Assembly (NCBI GenBank): GCA_026387965.1
Contig: JAPLKR010000025.1
Span: 1 to 47,534, forward strand
Direction: 5' to 3'
Length of the DNA stretch: 47,534 bases
DNA from: Fusobacteriota bacterium
GTDB taxonomy: Bacteria > Fusobacteriota > Fusobacteriia > JAPLKR01
Under the pieces are notes generated by a model. That model was not told the origin of the DNA. It saw only the letters and a list, made by a program, of their open reading frames with translations, and made no database searches. A program made the translations under genes and the position numbers. Positions 26,475-35,082 of the stretch are shown piece after piece. Positions within the stretch are counted from its first letter, which is position 1; each line of letters begins with the position of its first letter.

Positions 26475-27059
26475 TCAATAATTTTCTGGAAAGAGTTCTC
26501 TTTCTAGGGCTTCAATTACAATATGAAGAATCATCATGTGTACTTCTTGAATTCTATCAGAAGTTTTACCCTCTACAATAAATTCATAATCACACAGACC
26601 TTTGATTTTTCCACCATCTTTACCTAAAACCCCAACGGTTGACATTCTCAAAGATTTAGCCTTTTTGATAGCTAGTTCAATATTTTTAGAATTCCCACTG
26701 GTAGAAATTCCTATAAACATATCTCCTTCACGACCATAAGCTTCAACTCCACGCTCAAAAATAGCATCAAATCCAAAATCATTTCCCACGCAAGTGATGT
26801 GTGATGCATCTGCTAAAGCAAGAGCCCCGAGTGCTTTTCTATTCCCTCTAAATCTCCCAGTTAACTCTTCTGCAAAGTGCATAGCATCGCAACAGCTTCC
26901 GCCATTTCCTGCAATAAGAATTTTCCCACCTAATTTATAAATTTCAACCATAGACTTTGCCAATTTAGCAATTTCGTGGAAATTTTTTTCATTTTCAATA
27001 AAGTTTTTCAAAATAAGCTCCTCTTCTAAAAACGAAGCTTTAATTTCATTAAACATCAA
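26475..27059 (-). CDS. gmhA: D-sedoheptulose-7-phosphate isomerase
   Basis: GNGGSCCDAMHFAEELTGRFR, CVGNDFGFD, GISTSGNS and DRIQEVH are near-identical to the E. coli GmhA blocks as recalled. Confidence 0.88.
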   Translation of the reverse strand: MMFNEIKASFLEEELILKNFIENEKNFHEIAKLAKSMVEIYKLGGKILIAGNGGSCCDAMHFAEELTGRFRGNRKALGALALADASHITCVGNDFGFDAIFERGVEAYGREGDMFIGISTSGNSKNIELAIKKAKSLRMSTVGVLGKDGGKIKGLCDYEFIVEGKTSDRIQEVHMMILHIVIEALERELFPENY

Positions 27060-27144
27060 AATCCTCCTTTATTTAAACTATTATATACATTATACTCTCT
27101 ATTTTTGAACATTTCAAGGCAACAACGGTATTTTGGTCAATTTG

Positions 27145-28035
27145 TTAGGTTTTAACATGCCGCTTTTGAAACTGATTTAAAAACTCTATCTTTGAACTGC
27201 TCCAAATTGGTGCAATCAAACATCTTTTGTCGGGATCACTGCTCAATCGGTGTACCACTATATCGGCTTCTATTGTTTCTATACTTTGAATAAGAATTTT
27301 CATGTAGTGCTCTTCACTCAAGAGTTCAAAAGGTGAACTCTCATACAAAGTGGCAAGTGCCGTTCCTTTTGCTACATAAAAATGGTGAAATTTCACCCCC
27401 CATATTTTTTGTGAATTGAGAAAACGAACGCTCTCAAGCATCTCCTCTCTGCTCTCTCCTGGTATCCCAAAAATCAAGTGGGCCACTACCTCTATTCCCC
27501 TAGTTTTTAAACTATTTACAGCCCATTTAAATATTTCGATAGAGTACCCTATTTCAAGCCACTCTCTACTTTTAGTGTGGATGCTTTGAAGCCCAATCTC
27601 AATGTAAACAAATATCTTTTTACTTAGTTCTTCAAGTACGCCTAAAATATCTTCATGAATACAATCAGCTCGTGTTCCAATTGAAATCGCTACAATCTCT
27701 TCAAATTCGAGCAAACTCACATAACTGCTTTCAAGATATGCAACATCACCATAGGTATTAGAAAAGTTTTGAAAGTAGGCTACAAATTTTTTAGCCTTAG
27801 GATGTTTTCGCTTCACTCTCTTGATTTGGAGTTGTACTTGCTCGTGAAGAGTCCCACAGTTTAAAAAATCTCCACTCCCATTTTCACTACAAAATATACA
27901 CCCCTTAGTTGAGAGCGTCCCATCACGATTAGGACACGTTGCATATAGAGTAAGAGACAATTTATGAACTTTTTCTCCAAATCTCTCTTTAAAAAAGCTG
28001 TTCAAATCCAAATATCCCTTATCCATTATACCCAC
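27145..28035 (-). CDS. radical SAM protein, TIGR01212 (YtqA/Elp3-like) family
   Basis: CPNRDGTLSTKGCIFC cluster motif, FQNFSNTY, IEIGLQS. 296 aa. Confidence 0.75.
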   Translation of the reverse strand: MGIMDKGYLDLNSFFKERFGEKVHKLSLTLYATCPNRDGTLSTKGCIFCSENGSGDFLNCGTLHEQVQLQIKRVKRKHPKAKKFVAYFQNFSNTYGDVAYLESSYVSLLEFEEIVAISIGTRADCIHEDILGVLEELSKKIFVYIEIGLQSIHTKSREWLEIGYSIEIFKWAVNSLKTRGIEVVAHLIFGIPGESREEMLESVRFLNSQKIWGVKFHHFYVAKGTALATLYESSPFELLSEEHYMKILIQSIETIEADIVVHRLSSDPDKRCLIAPIWSSSKIEFLNQFQKRHVKT

Positions 28036-28655
28036 TCACTTATAAAATTATCTAAAAATTGGCGTAAAAAGGCATCCTTCTCTATTGCTAATGCTCGCCC
28101 ACTTTCACTGTTCATCAGCGTCTTAACTTTTAATAGTTTTTCATAAAAATGATTAATAGTTGTTCCTTCAACTGCTTTAATATAAGCTAAATACGACTCT
28201 TCACTCTCAAATTTTTGTGGAAGCTTTTTAGGATTGTGCATCTCTTCTCCAAAATGTCCCGCATAATAAAAAGCCCGTGCTATCCCTATTGCTCCAATGC
28301 TATCGAGTCTATCTGAATCTTGAACAATTTTACCCTCCAGAGTTCTGAGTGGCTTAGAATGCCCTCCTTTAAATGAGATATTTTCAAGATCGAAAATGAT
28401 CTCTTCACACTCTGAAATGCTAAATTTTGTTGATATTAGTTCTAAAACTTCTCTCTTAGCACGCTCTTTTTGCTCTACAAATTTATAGTCAAGTGCTTCA
28501 TGTAGCCATGCCATCACTGCAATTTTATTAATGCTTCCACCTTCTTTTTTAGCAAGTTTTCTAGAGAGTAGTTCGACCCTTTGTATATGGTCAAGACCAT
28601 GACCACTTTTGTCACTTTGCATTTTACTTGTTGCATAGTGAATAATCTTTTTCAT
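28026..28655 (-). CDS. HD-domain phosphohydrolase (YedJ-like)
   Basis: GHGLDHIQRV..LHEALD..QDSDRLD HD motifs. ATG 28655 is preceded by GAGGAG. Its 3' end overlaps the radical SAM start by 10 nt. Confidence 0.7.
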   Translation of the reverse strand: MKKIIHYATSKMQSDKSGHGLDHIQRVELLSRKLAKKEGGSINKIAVMAWLHEALDYKFVEQKERAKREVLELISTKFSISECEEIIFDLENISFKGGHSKPLRTLEGKIVQDSDRLDSIGAIGIARAFYYAGHFGEEMHNPKKLPQKFESEESYLAYIKAVEGTTINHFYEKLLKVKTLMNSESGRALAIEKDAFLRQFLDNFISEWV

Positions 28656-28799
28656 ATTAAACTCCTCATACCTAAAAATTAAACCACACACATGGATGAC
28701 ACTTAAAAACTCTATTGCAAAATAGAAAAGCGAAATATTTTTACCAACATATTTTTGTAAGATTTGTTAAAATTTAGTCCGTGTCGAAAAAATATTATC

Positions 28800-30716
28800 T
28801 TAACCTTTTAATATTTTTAAATGCCCAAGTAGAAGCTTTTTTTCATTCATCTTAGGGTTTTTCCAAACGTACTCCACACACGCCTGAAGTGCTTCTCCTA
28901 TCTCTTTTCCTTGATATGTTTCAACTAAATCACTTCCTGTTAGCGCTAGATCAAAAAGTGTTATTGGCTCTTTCTTCATCAGAATATCCTCAATCATATC
29001 CTCAATTTCACAAAACAGTTTGAAACAGTGAGGCTTTGATTTTCCATAGACGTCTGCTCTAAAAAGATGAAGTAAATTACGATATTTTTCTAGAGATAAC
29101 TCAGAGATTGCCCTTTTGATATCCACTCTCTGATAAGCTCTCCACGACGAGTGATATCTAATATACTCCATACTCTCTTTAGCCACTACATTACTTACTT
29201 TAAGGCGCGCAAATATTACTTCACTCATTTTTGCACTTAACTCGGCATGTCCCGAGTATTTTGCAAATCCATCCTCTCTCATCACCTGACAATGGGGCTT
29301 TGAAATATCGTGAAGCAGTGCAGAGAGTCGAAGCGGCAAATGCACTGGGGTATGCTCTACAACGGCAAAAATATGTTCGTGAAGTTCATAACATTGGTGT
29401 TTTGCACGCTGATTAAATCCTATACAAGCATTAAATTCTGGAATTATAATGGATAAAACACCGCTTTCACATAGTAGTTCTAACCCTCTTCTCACATTAT
29501 TACTGAGTAGTATCTTAAAAAACTCAATAGCAACCCTTTCGCTTGAAAGGGTTGCTATCCCCTCTTTTAATACTTTCATCGCTTCAAGGGTATTCTCTTC
29601 AATCTCAAATTTCAACTCCGTAGCATGACGTAGACCTCTAAGTATTCGTAAATAATCCTCTTGAAAACGGAGTTTTGGTTCTCCTACTGCCACAATTTTC
29701 CCCTCAAGCAAAGCACTCACACCTTGATATGGGTCCACGAGTCCCTCTTTTAAGTTGTAGGCAAAAGCATTCATGGTAAAATCTCTACGAGATAAATCTT
29801 CAACAATATCACTTACAAACTCAATATTCTTAGGATGTCTCCCATCTAATATTCCCCACTCTTTCCTATATCTAGCTATATCAAAGAGATAATCCCCCAT
29901 TTTTATTTGAACAATTTCGAAGGATTTTCCTACAATAATTGGATGATACGCTTCAAATATTTCACATATTTCAGCGCTTGAAAGAGTGGTTGCAAAATCA
30001 TAATCCCTAGGTGAAATATTTAAAAGTAAATCTCTGACACTTCCTCCCACCACATACCCCGTGCCCTTTAAATTAAGTTTTTCGAGTACGTACTCAACTT
30101 CAGATGGCAAAACTATCCTCTCAAGCTTTGAGTATAAACAACCGCAATAATCTTGTCGATATACATTATACTCTTTTGAGAGTTCTACACTCGCTCTAAA
30201 TCCGTTTTGTTTTTTAAAATCCGCTACGAGAAATTTCACCCCGTAAATCTTTTCAAAATGCCGCCCCAATTCATTAATCCATTTAGAATTTTTATGAGGA
30301 CTTACCGAAATAGATGTTGAAAAGTACTCATACCCACGTGCCTTCGCTTTTTTCGCGCTCTCTCGAAGTCGAATAGCAAAGCACCTCTTACAGCGGGGTC
30401 CACCCTCTCTCTCTTCACTATGGATACGTGTAATTTGATTAAACTCTTTTGGGTCGAAGGGGGCTACTATGACATTTTCCTTATATCCCCTTCCTTTAAC
30501 ATACTTTTCAACTGCTTCAGAGCGAAGAGAATACTCGCTTTTCGGAAAAATATTCGGATTATAAAAAAATAGTGTCACATCAAAAAGTTCTCTTAATTTT
30601 TCTAGCACTGAGGTTGAACAAGGCGCACAACATACATGTAGAAGCAGTTTGGGTTTGCTCTCTAACCTCTTTATCGATCCCATCGTTTCTATATATTCTT
30701 GATAATCATTTACCAT
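28800..30716 (-). CDS. fusion protein: epoxyqueuosine reductase QueH (DUF208) + class II tRNA nucleotidyltransferase (CCA-adding, with HD domain)
   Basis: Residues ~20-200: LLLHVCCAPCS, FFYNPNIFP, GPRCKRCFAIRL, VSPHKN, YRQDYCGCLYS (QueH). Residues ~215-638: GGSVRDLLLN..DYDFAT, RRDFTMNA, EDYLRILRGLR, then HD-type LHDISKP. A single uninterrupted 638-aa ORF. Confidence 0.8.
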   Translation of the reverse strand: MVNDYQEYIETMGSIKRLESKPKLLLHVCCAPCSTSVLEKLRELFDVTLFFYNPNIFPKSEYSLRSEAVEKYVKGRGYKENVIVAPFDPKEFNQITRIHSEEREGGPRCKRCFAIRLRESAKKAKARGYEYFSTSISVSPHKNSKWINELGRHFEKIYGVKFLVADFKKQNGFRASVELSKEYNVYRQDYCGCLYSKLERIVLPSEVEYVLEKLNLKGTGYVVGGSVRDLLLNISPRDYDFATTLSSAEICEIFEAYHPIIVGKSFEIVQIKMGDYLFDIARYRKEWGILDGRHPKNIEFVSDIVEDLSRRDFTMNAFAYNLKEGLVDPYQGVSALLEGKIVAVGEPKLRFQEDYLRILRGLRHATELKFEIEENTLEAMKVLKEGIATLSSERVAIEFFKILLSNNVRRGLELLCESGVLSIIIPEFNACIGFNQRAKHQCYELHEHIFAVVEHTPVHLPLRLSALLHDISKPHCQVMREDGFAKYSGHAELSAKMSEVIFARLKVSNVVAKESMEYIRYHSSWRAYQRVDIKRAISELSLEKYRNLLHLFRADVYGKSKPHCFKLFCEIEDMIEDILMKKEPITLFDLALTGSDLVETYQGKEIGEALQACVEYVWKNPKMNEKKLLLGHLKILKG

Positions 30717-30725
30717 TGTTATCTC

Positions 30726-31598
30726 CTAATACTCAACTTTATACTTATCTAAAAAGTGTAAAAAGAGCTTCAATTCACGCGCCGACTCCTTTTCACTGCA
30801 ATAAACCACCTGATAACCTACTTGATACTCCTTTAAATCCACCAACGATTTCAGCTCTCCAAGAGCAATTTCTCGTGCTACACAGTGAAATGGAAGTATC
30901 GCAAATCCGAGTCCTTCTTTCACGAGATTTTTGACTGTTTCAATGCTTCCTTTTACTACCATTTTCTTATTTAGATGAATTTTATGTTCTACTTCAATGT
31001 AACTTTTACATTTATCTTGAAGAATACTGTCATCTCGACCTATTAAAGTAAATGCTTCTAGCTTTTTCAGATCATCAATCTCATTTTTAGAAACTAAAAC
31101 ATAAGGGTAATCAGCTATTTTTTTTACTGTAAGTATTGGGTTTGAAATCGTAAATTCTCCCATAAGTAAAATATCAATTTCTCCAAATAGAAGCATTTTT
31201 ATCGCAATATCTCTTTCCAACACATGAATTTCAAACTCTATCTGTTGATGCTTTCTAGAAAATTCACTAATGAGTTTAGGCAAAATGGGTTCCCCTACCA
31301 TATGTGTTGCTCCAACAATGATTTTGGCATGATTATTTTTTATCACACGTTCAATTTCATCTTCTGCACGGCTTACTTTTTCAAATATTTCGCGCGCTAG
31401 AGTGAATAGTCTTTCCCCTGTATACGTCAGTTGAATTTGCTTTGCCTCGCGGTTGATAAGTTGGGTCTTCAGTTCGCCTTCAAGTTTTTTAATTTGTATT
31501 GAAACTGCAGATTGATTAATAAAAAGCTTCTCTCCAGCTTTTGTAAAACTCTTCTCTTTAGCCACTTCATAGAATATTTTTAAATAGTGCAGATCCAT
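30726..31598 (-). CDS. LysR-family transcriptional regulator
   Basis: MDLHYLKIFYEVAKEKSFTKAGEKLFINQSAVSIQIKKLE HTH. ATG 31598 follows AAGGAG. Divergent from amtB and only 9 nt upstream of the queH-cca fusion gene. Confidence 0.85.
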   Translation of the reverse strand: MDLHYLKIFYEVAKEKSFTKAGEKLFINQSAVSIQIKKLEGELKTQLINREAKQIQLTYTGERLFTLAREIFEKVSRAEDEIERVIKNNHAKIIVGATHMVGEPILPKLISEFSRKHQQIEFEIHVLERDIAIKMLLFGEIDILLMGEFTISNPILTVKKIADYPYVLVSKNEIDDLKKLEAFTLIGRDDSILQDKCKSYIEVEHKIHLNKKMVVKGSIETVKNLVKEGLGFAILPFHCVAREIALGELKSLVDLKEYQVGYQVVYCSEKESARELKLFLHFLDKYKVEY

Positions 31599-31707
31599 AA
31601 TACTCCTTAAGTTATAATATTTACCACAGGAACACAAAGTACAGTGACTCTCAATATTCAGAATTTTATGGTCTTCAAATTGATTATATTTTCCTAACCT
31701 TATTATA

Positions 31708-31726
31708 CCATATATTTTATATATGG
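31708..31726. promoter_or_regulatory. perfect inverted repeat CCATATAT-N3-ATATATGG in the lysR/amtB divergent region
   Basis: Read directly; 8-bp arms. Candidate operator, binding protein unknown. Confidence 0.35.
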
Positions 31727-31758
31727 CACTTAGAAAAACTATATATTTGCTTTATCTT

Positions 31759-31803
31759 TTCATAAGATTTATACTAATTTTATAGTAAATATATAAAACT
31801 ATA
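31759..31803 (+). promoter_or_regulatory. candidate amtB promoter (TTCATA-16-TATAGT) overlapping a TATAGT-N11-ACTATA dyad (LTTR-type T-N11-A)
   Basis: Hexamers at 31759-31764 and 31781-31786. Dyad at 31781-31803, just upstream of the AAAGGAGGAG RBS. Confidence 0.35.
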
Positions 31804-31826
31804 TCAAGAATTTAAAGGAGGAGACT

Positions 31827-33143
31827 ATGCAAAAAATTAGAGGCTCTCGTTTATATCTACTTTTTATGATGTTTTTTGGACTTGGCTATGTAGCACTTGC
31901 TGATAGTCCGGAAGTGCTCACTGCTGAAGTTGTACAAACCAATTTAGATTACACATGGACTCTTATCGCAGCTGCTATGGTATTTTTTATGCAAGCGGGA
32001 TTTGCAATGCTAGAGATAGGATTTACAAGAGTAAAAAATGCAGGAAATGCTGTAATGAAAAATGTCATGGATTTTTGTGTTGGAATGCTCGTATACTCCG
32101 CGGTTGGCTATGCCTTTATGTTTGGAACGGGCGGCGTTATTGGAAGCTCAAACTTTTTTCTTGATGGACTCACTGGTTGGGATTGGACTTTTTTCCTTTT
32201 TCAGGCGATGTTTGCTGCCACTGCTGCTACCATTATGGCCGGGGCAATTGCTGAGAGAACTAAATTTTCAAGCTATCTTGTAGCAAGTATTGTTCTTACC
32301 GCCATTATTTATCCTCTCTATGGGCATTGGGTTTGGGCAAATGGAGGTTGGCTAAAAGCGTTAGGTTTTACTGATTTTGCTGGTTCTGCTGTTGTACACT
32401 CGGTTGGAGGGTGGTTTGCGCTTGCTGGAGCAATTATGGTCGGACCGCGAATTGGAAAATTTGTATGCAAAAGAGCTACGGCTATCCCAGGCCACAATAT
32501 TCCCATGGCGGCACTTGGCGTATTCATACTCTTTTTTGGATGGTTTGGATTTAACGCTGGAAGTGTGACAAAAGGAATTTCTGATATTGGCCCCATTGCA
32601 GTTAATACCTGTATTGCAGGCTCTGCCGGTGGCGTTGCAGCAATGATTTTCTCCTATTATATCTTTAAAAAAATGGATATTGGAATGACTTTAAATGGTA
32701 TCCTTGCTGGACTAGTAGCGATTACAGCTGGATGTGCTAGCATGCCAACTTGGGCAGCTTTTGTGGTAGGAATTATTGGAGGAGTCTTAGTTGTCTCTTC
32801 TGTTTTATTTTTTGATAGAATCGGTGTAGATGACGCAGTAGGTGCCGTCTCTGTTCATGGTGTAACCGGAACTTGGGGAACCCTCGCTGCAGGAATATTT
32901 TTCTCTGACCGTATGTTTGATTTTCACGTAATTGGAATTCAAATTCTAGGAAGTGTTGTGGCATTCATAATGGGGTTTGGTGGCGGTTTAATCATTCTTT
33001 ATATCTTAAAAAAAACTATGGGACTTCGTGTAAGAAGAGAAGAAGAACTAGAAGGATTAGATATGGCAGAACATGGAAGTGTTGCTTATCCTGAATTTCA
33101 ACCCAAAAGCGAACTCAGCATTATTTTAAGTGTGAAAAAATAG
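31827..33143 (+). CDS. amtB: ammonium transporter
   Basis: 438 aa with N-terminal signal-like segment. DFAGSAVVHSVGGW and GFNAGS motifs, GVHGVTGTWG. Followed by a PII gene. Confidence 0.92.
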   Translation: MQKIRGSRLYLLFMMFFGLGYVALADSPEVLTAEVVQTNLDYTWTLIAAAMVFFMQAGFAMLEIGFTRVKNAGNAVMKNVMDFCVGMLVYSAVGYAFMFGTGGVIGSSNFFLDGLTGWDWTFFLFQAMFAATAATIMAGAIAERTKFSSYLVASIVLTAIIYPLYGHWVWANGGWLKALGFTDFAGSAVVHSVGGWFALAGAIMVGPRIGKFVCKRATAIPGHNIPMAALGVFILFFGWFGFNAGSVTKGISDIGPIAVNTCIAGSAGGVAAMIFSYYIFKKMDIGMTLNGILAGLVAITAGCASMPTWAAFVVGIIGGVLVVSSVLFFDRIGVDDAVGAVSVHGVTGTWGTLAAGIFFSDRMFDFHVIGIQILGSVVAFIMGFGGGLIILYILKKTMGLRVRREEELEGLDMAEHGSVAYPEFQPKSELSIILSVKK

Positions 33144-33169
33144 ATTTACTACCCATTTGGAGGTGTGAA

Positions 33170-33508
33170 ATGAAAAAAATAGAGGCAATTATTCGCCCAA
33201 GTGTTATCCATGCAATCAAAGAAGCTCTTGTGGCAGAAAATATTTTAGGCATGACGCTTACTGAAGTAAGGGGCTTTGGTAAACAAAAAGGTCATACTGA
33301 ACTTTTTCGGGGGATTGAATTTCAAGTGGAATTTGTAAATAAAGTAAAAGTTGAAATTATTGTGAGTGATGATAAGCTAGAAAGGGTTATCTTTATTTTT
33401 CTCACACATGCACGTACGGGAAAAGTAGGTGATGGAAAAATTTTCATCTATCCTGTTGATGATGTCATCCGTGTGAGAACTGGAGAGCGTGGAGATAGTG
33501 CTATTTAA
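33170..33508 (+). CDS. glnK: nitrogen regulatory protein P-II (GlnK type, amtB-linked)
   Basis: 112 aa, collinear with E. coli GlnB/GlnK: MKKIEAIIRP.., T-loop GFGKQKGHTELFRGIEF, TGKVGDGKIF. Confidence 0.92.
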   Translation: MKKIEAIIRPSVIHAIKEALVAENILGMTLTEVRGFGKQKGHTELFRGIEFQVEFVNKVKVEIIVSDDKLERVIFIFLTHARTGKVGDGKIFIYPVDDVIRVRTGERGDSAI

Positions 33509-33522
33509 CTTCTTTCTTCTAT

Positions 33523-33562
33523 AAAAAACTGAGTGAACTCTTATTGAGCACACTCAGTTTTT
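33523..33562. terminator. bidirectional terminator between glnK and the family III CoA-transferase gene
   Basis: AAAAAACTGAGTG ..15-nt loop.. CACTCAGTTTTT. Confidence 0.6.
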
Positions 33563-33570
33563 ATTTGAAA

Positions 33571-35013
33571 TTATTTCCAGCTCGGAGGGTGATATCCTGC
33601 TGGAACACTCTCTTTTTCCCAATAGGCTTTGGTTAATGAATAGTGAACCGGGGACCCAAAATATTCTAAAAATCCATGGCCAGAGTGCCCTGAAAGCATA
33701 TAATCGGGAAGTACACTCATATCGAGTGTAACACCTTCTATCTCTGATTTTGAAAATTTACCAAAACTTTGAAGCCACATAGCTGTTTGAGCGAGTGAAA
33801 CCTTAACGATATAGCTCCCACCCTCTTTTTCACGCTTAATAAGTGCCGCTAACGTCCCAACTGCTGCAAGATAACCTGTAATATAGTCATTTGGGAAAGT
33901 TGGAAGCATTGCAGGTACCCCATTTTCACCTTGTTCGATATCAAGACCTGTTGCCGTTTGAGCTAACTGCTCCCATCCTGGAAAATATTTCCACGGTCCA
34001 TGATGACCATAACAGTTGATAGAAATATAGATTATCCCTTTTCCTTGCTTTGAGAGACGATTTGCAATATCTTGAGCGCCAAACCCATATTTATCAAATG
34101 TTTTTGGTCTAAAACTCTCTGAAAAAATATCTGCCCCCTCCTCTATGAGTTTCCACATAGTGTTTTTACCCCGCTCATCTCTCAGATCGATCATTGTATT
34201 TCTCTTCCCTTGGCTTGTATCCATAAGAAAGGGAAGTATATAAGGAACATGGGGAGGGTTAATTCTCATAACATTTGCGCCTTGCTCAGCAAGCATCATC
34301 CCGCAGGTTGGTCCAGCAAGTACATGGGTTAGATCAAGCATCTTAACACCACTTAAGGGTCGAAGTTCCCCCTCTTCTTGCGCAGTAAAAGGCTGTGGAT
34401 TCCCATCTGCAATTTTCTCAATTTCTATAGGCATTAATAGGCCATCTTTCATGTGTGTTTCTTGAAGCACTTTGCCCTGTTCTGTTTTATCCCACTCCTC
34501 ACGGGTTCGACATACCACACAACACAGATGTGCATTTTGCACTGTTTTTTCAAGTTCAAAAGCGTCCCACTCTTTTACTGCATGTGCAATATCCTCATGG
34601 TTGTCTGCACATTGTAAAATTTTCAAAAGTCCTCTTCGGAGCTTTGGAAATCCCCCATTAATAAAGACCCATTTCCCCCCTTTAGCTTCATAAAGTCCCA
34701 CACATGGGTACTCTATATCAGGAAAGGGAATTTCATACCCATTATTTCTCATAAAGGCGCATCTCAGCGTTGAAAGTGCCGCAACATTAAGATCAATCTC
34801 AATCGTTTGCTGATGCTTTTCTCCACTGCGAATATCATATATTTTTGAAATAAGGGCTGCCATTGCAGAGAGTGCGGTCGCTGAAGCCTCTCCAATATGC
34901 CACGGTGACGGAGATACTGGCTCGCATCCAGTGATTTTAATCTCAACTCCCTCTGTGCTTAACCCTAAGTGTTTCAGAAGATGATCGTAATGCCTTTGCA
35001 TAACTTCATTCAT
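33571..35013 (-). CDS. family III (CaiB/BaiF-type) CoA-transferase with ~220-aa N-terminal extension
   Basis: The canonical N-terminal fingerprint GVKMLDLTHVLAGPTCGMMLAEQGANVMRINPP starts only at residue ~221. The catalytic-Asp region is PNDYITGYLAAVGTLAAL. 480 aa. Confidence 0.7.
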   Translation of the reverse strand: MNEVMQRHYDHLLKHLGLSTEGVEIKITGCEPVSPSPWHIGEASATALSAMAALISKIYDIRSGEKHQQTIEIDLNVAALSTLRCAFMRNNGYEIPFPDIEYPCVGLYEAKGGKWVFINGGFPKLRRGLLKILQCADNHEDIAHAVKEWDAFELEKTVQNAHLCCVVCRTREEWDKTEQGKVLQETHMKDGLLMPIEIEKIADGNPQPFTAQEEGELRPLSGVKMLDLTHVLAGPTCGMMLAEQGANVMRINPPHVPYILPFLMDTSQGKRNTMIDLRDERGKNTMWKLIEEGADIFSESFRPKTFDKYGFGAQDIANRLSKQGKGIIYISINCYGHHGPWKYFPGWEQLAQTATGLDIEQGENGVPAMLPTFPNDYITGYLAAVGTLAALIKREKEGGSYIVKVSLAQTAMWLQSFGKFSKSEIEGVTLDMSVLPDYMLSGHSGHGFLEYFGSPVHYSLTKAYWEKESVPAGYHPPSWK

Positions 35014-35044
35014 TTTATACCCTCCATAAAAATTAGATAAATTC

Positions 35045-35075
35045 AGAAAAAATGCTACTTAAAAAGTAGCATTTC
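35045..35075 (-). terminator. rho-independent terminator after the ter gene
   Basis: AAATGCTACT taaaaa AGTAGCATTT, a 10-bp stem followed on the minus strand by TTTTTT. Confidence 0.7.
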
Positions 35076-35082
35076 TTTGTTA

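Noticed and set aside
30572-30934. 120-aa plus-strand ORF across the queH-cca / lysR junction; likewise 26273-26581 across the pfkB / gmhA junction
   Set aside because: Both are antisense to two well-supported genes and lack an RBS. Their composition looks like non-coding frame noise.
31723-31749. TGGCAC ... TTGC, reminiscent of a sigma54 -24/-12 promoter upstream of amtB
   Set aside because: The GG and GC dinucleotides are about 24 nt apart instead of the required 10, so the spacing is incompatible with sigma54 recognition.
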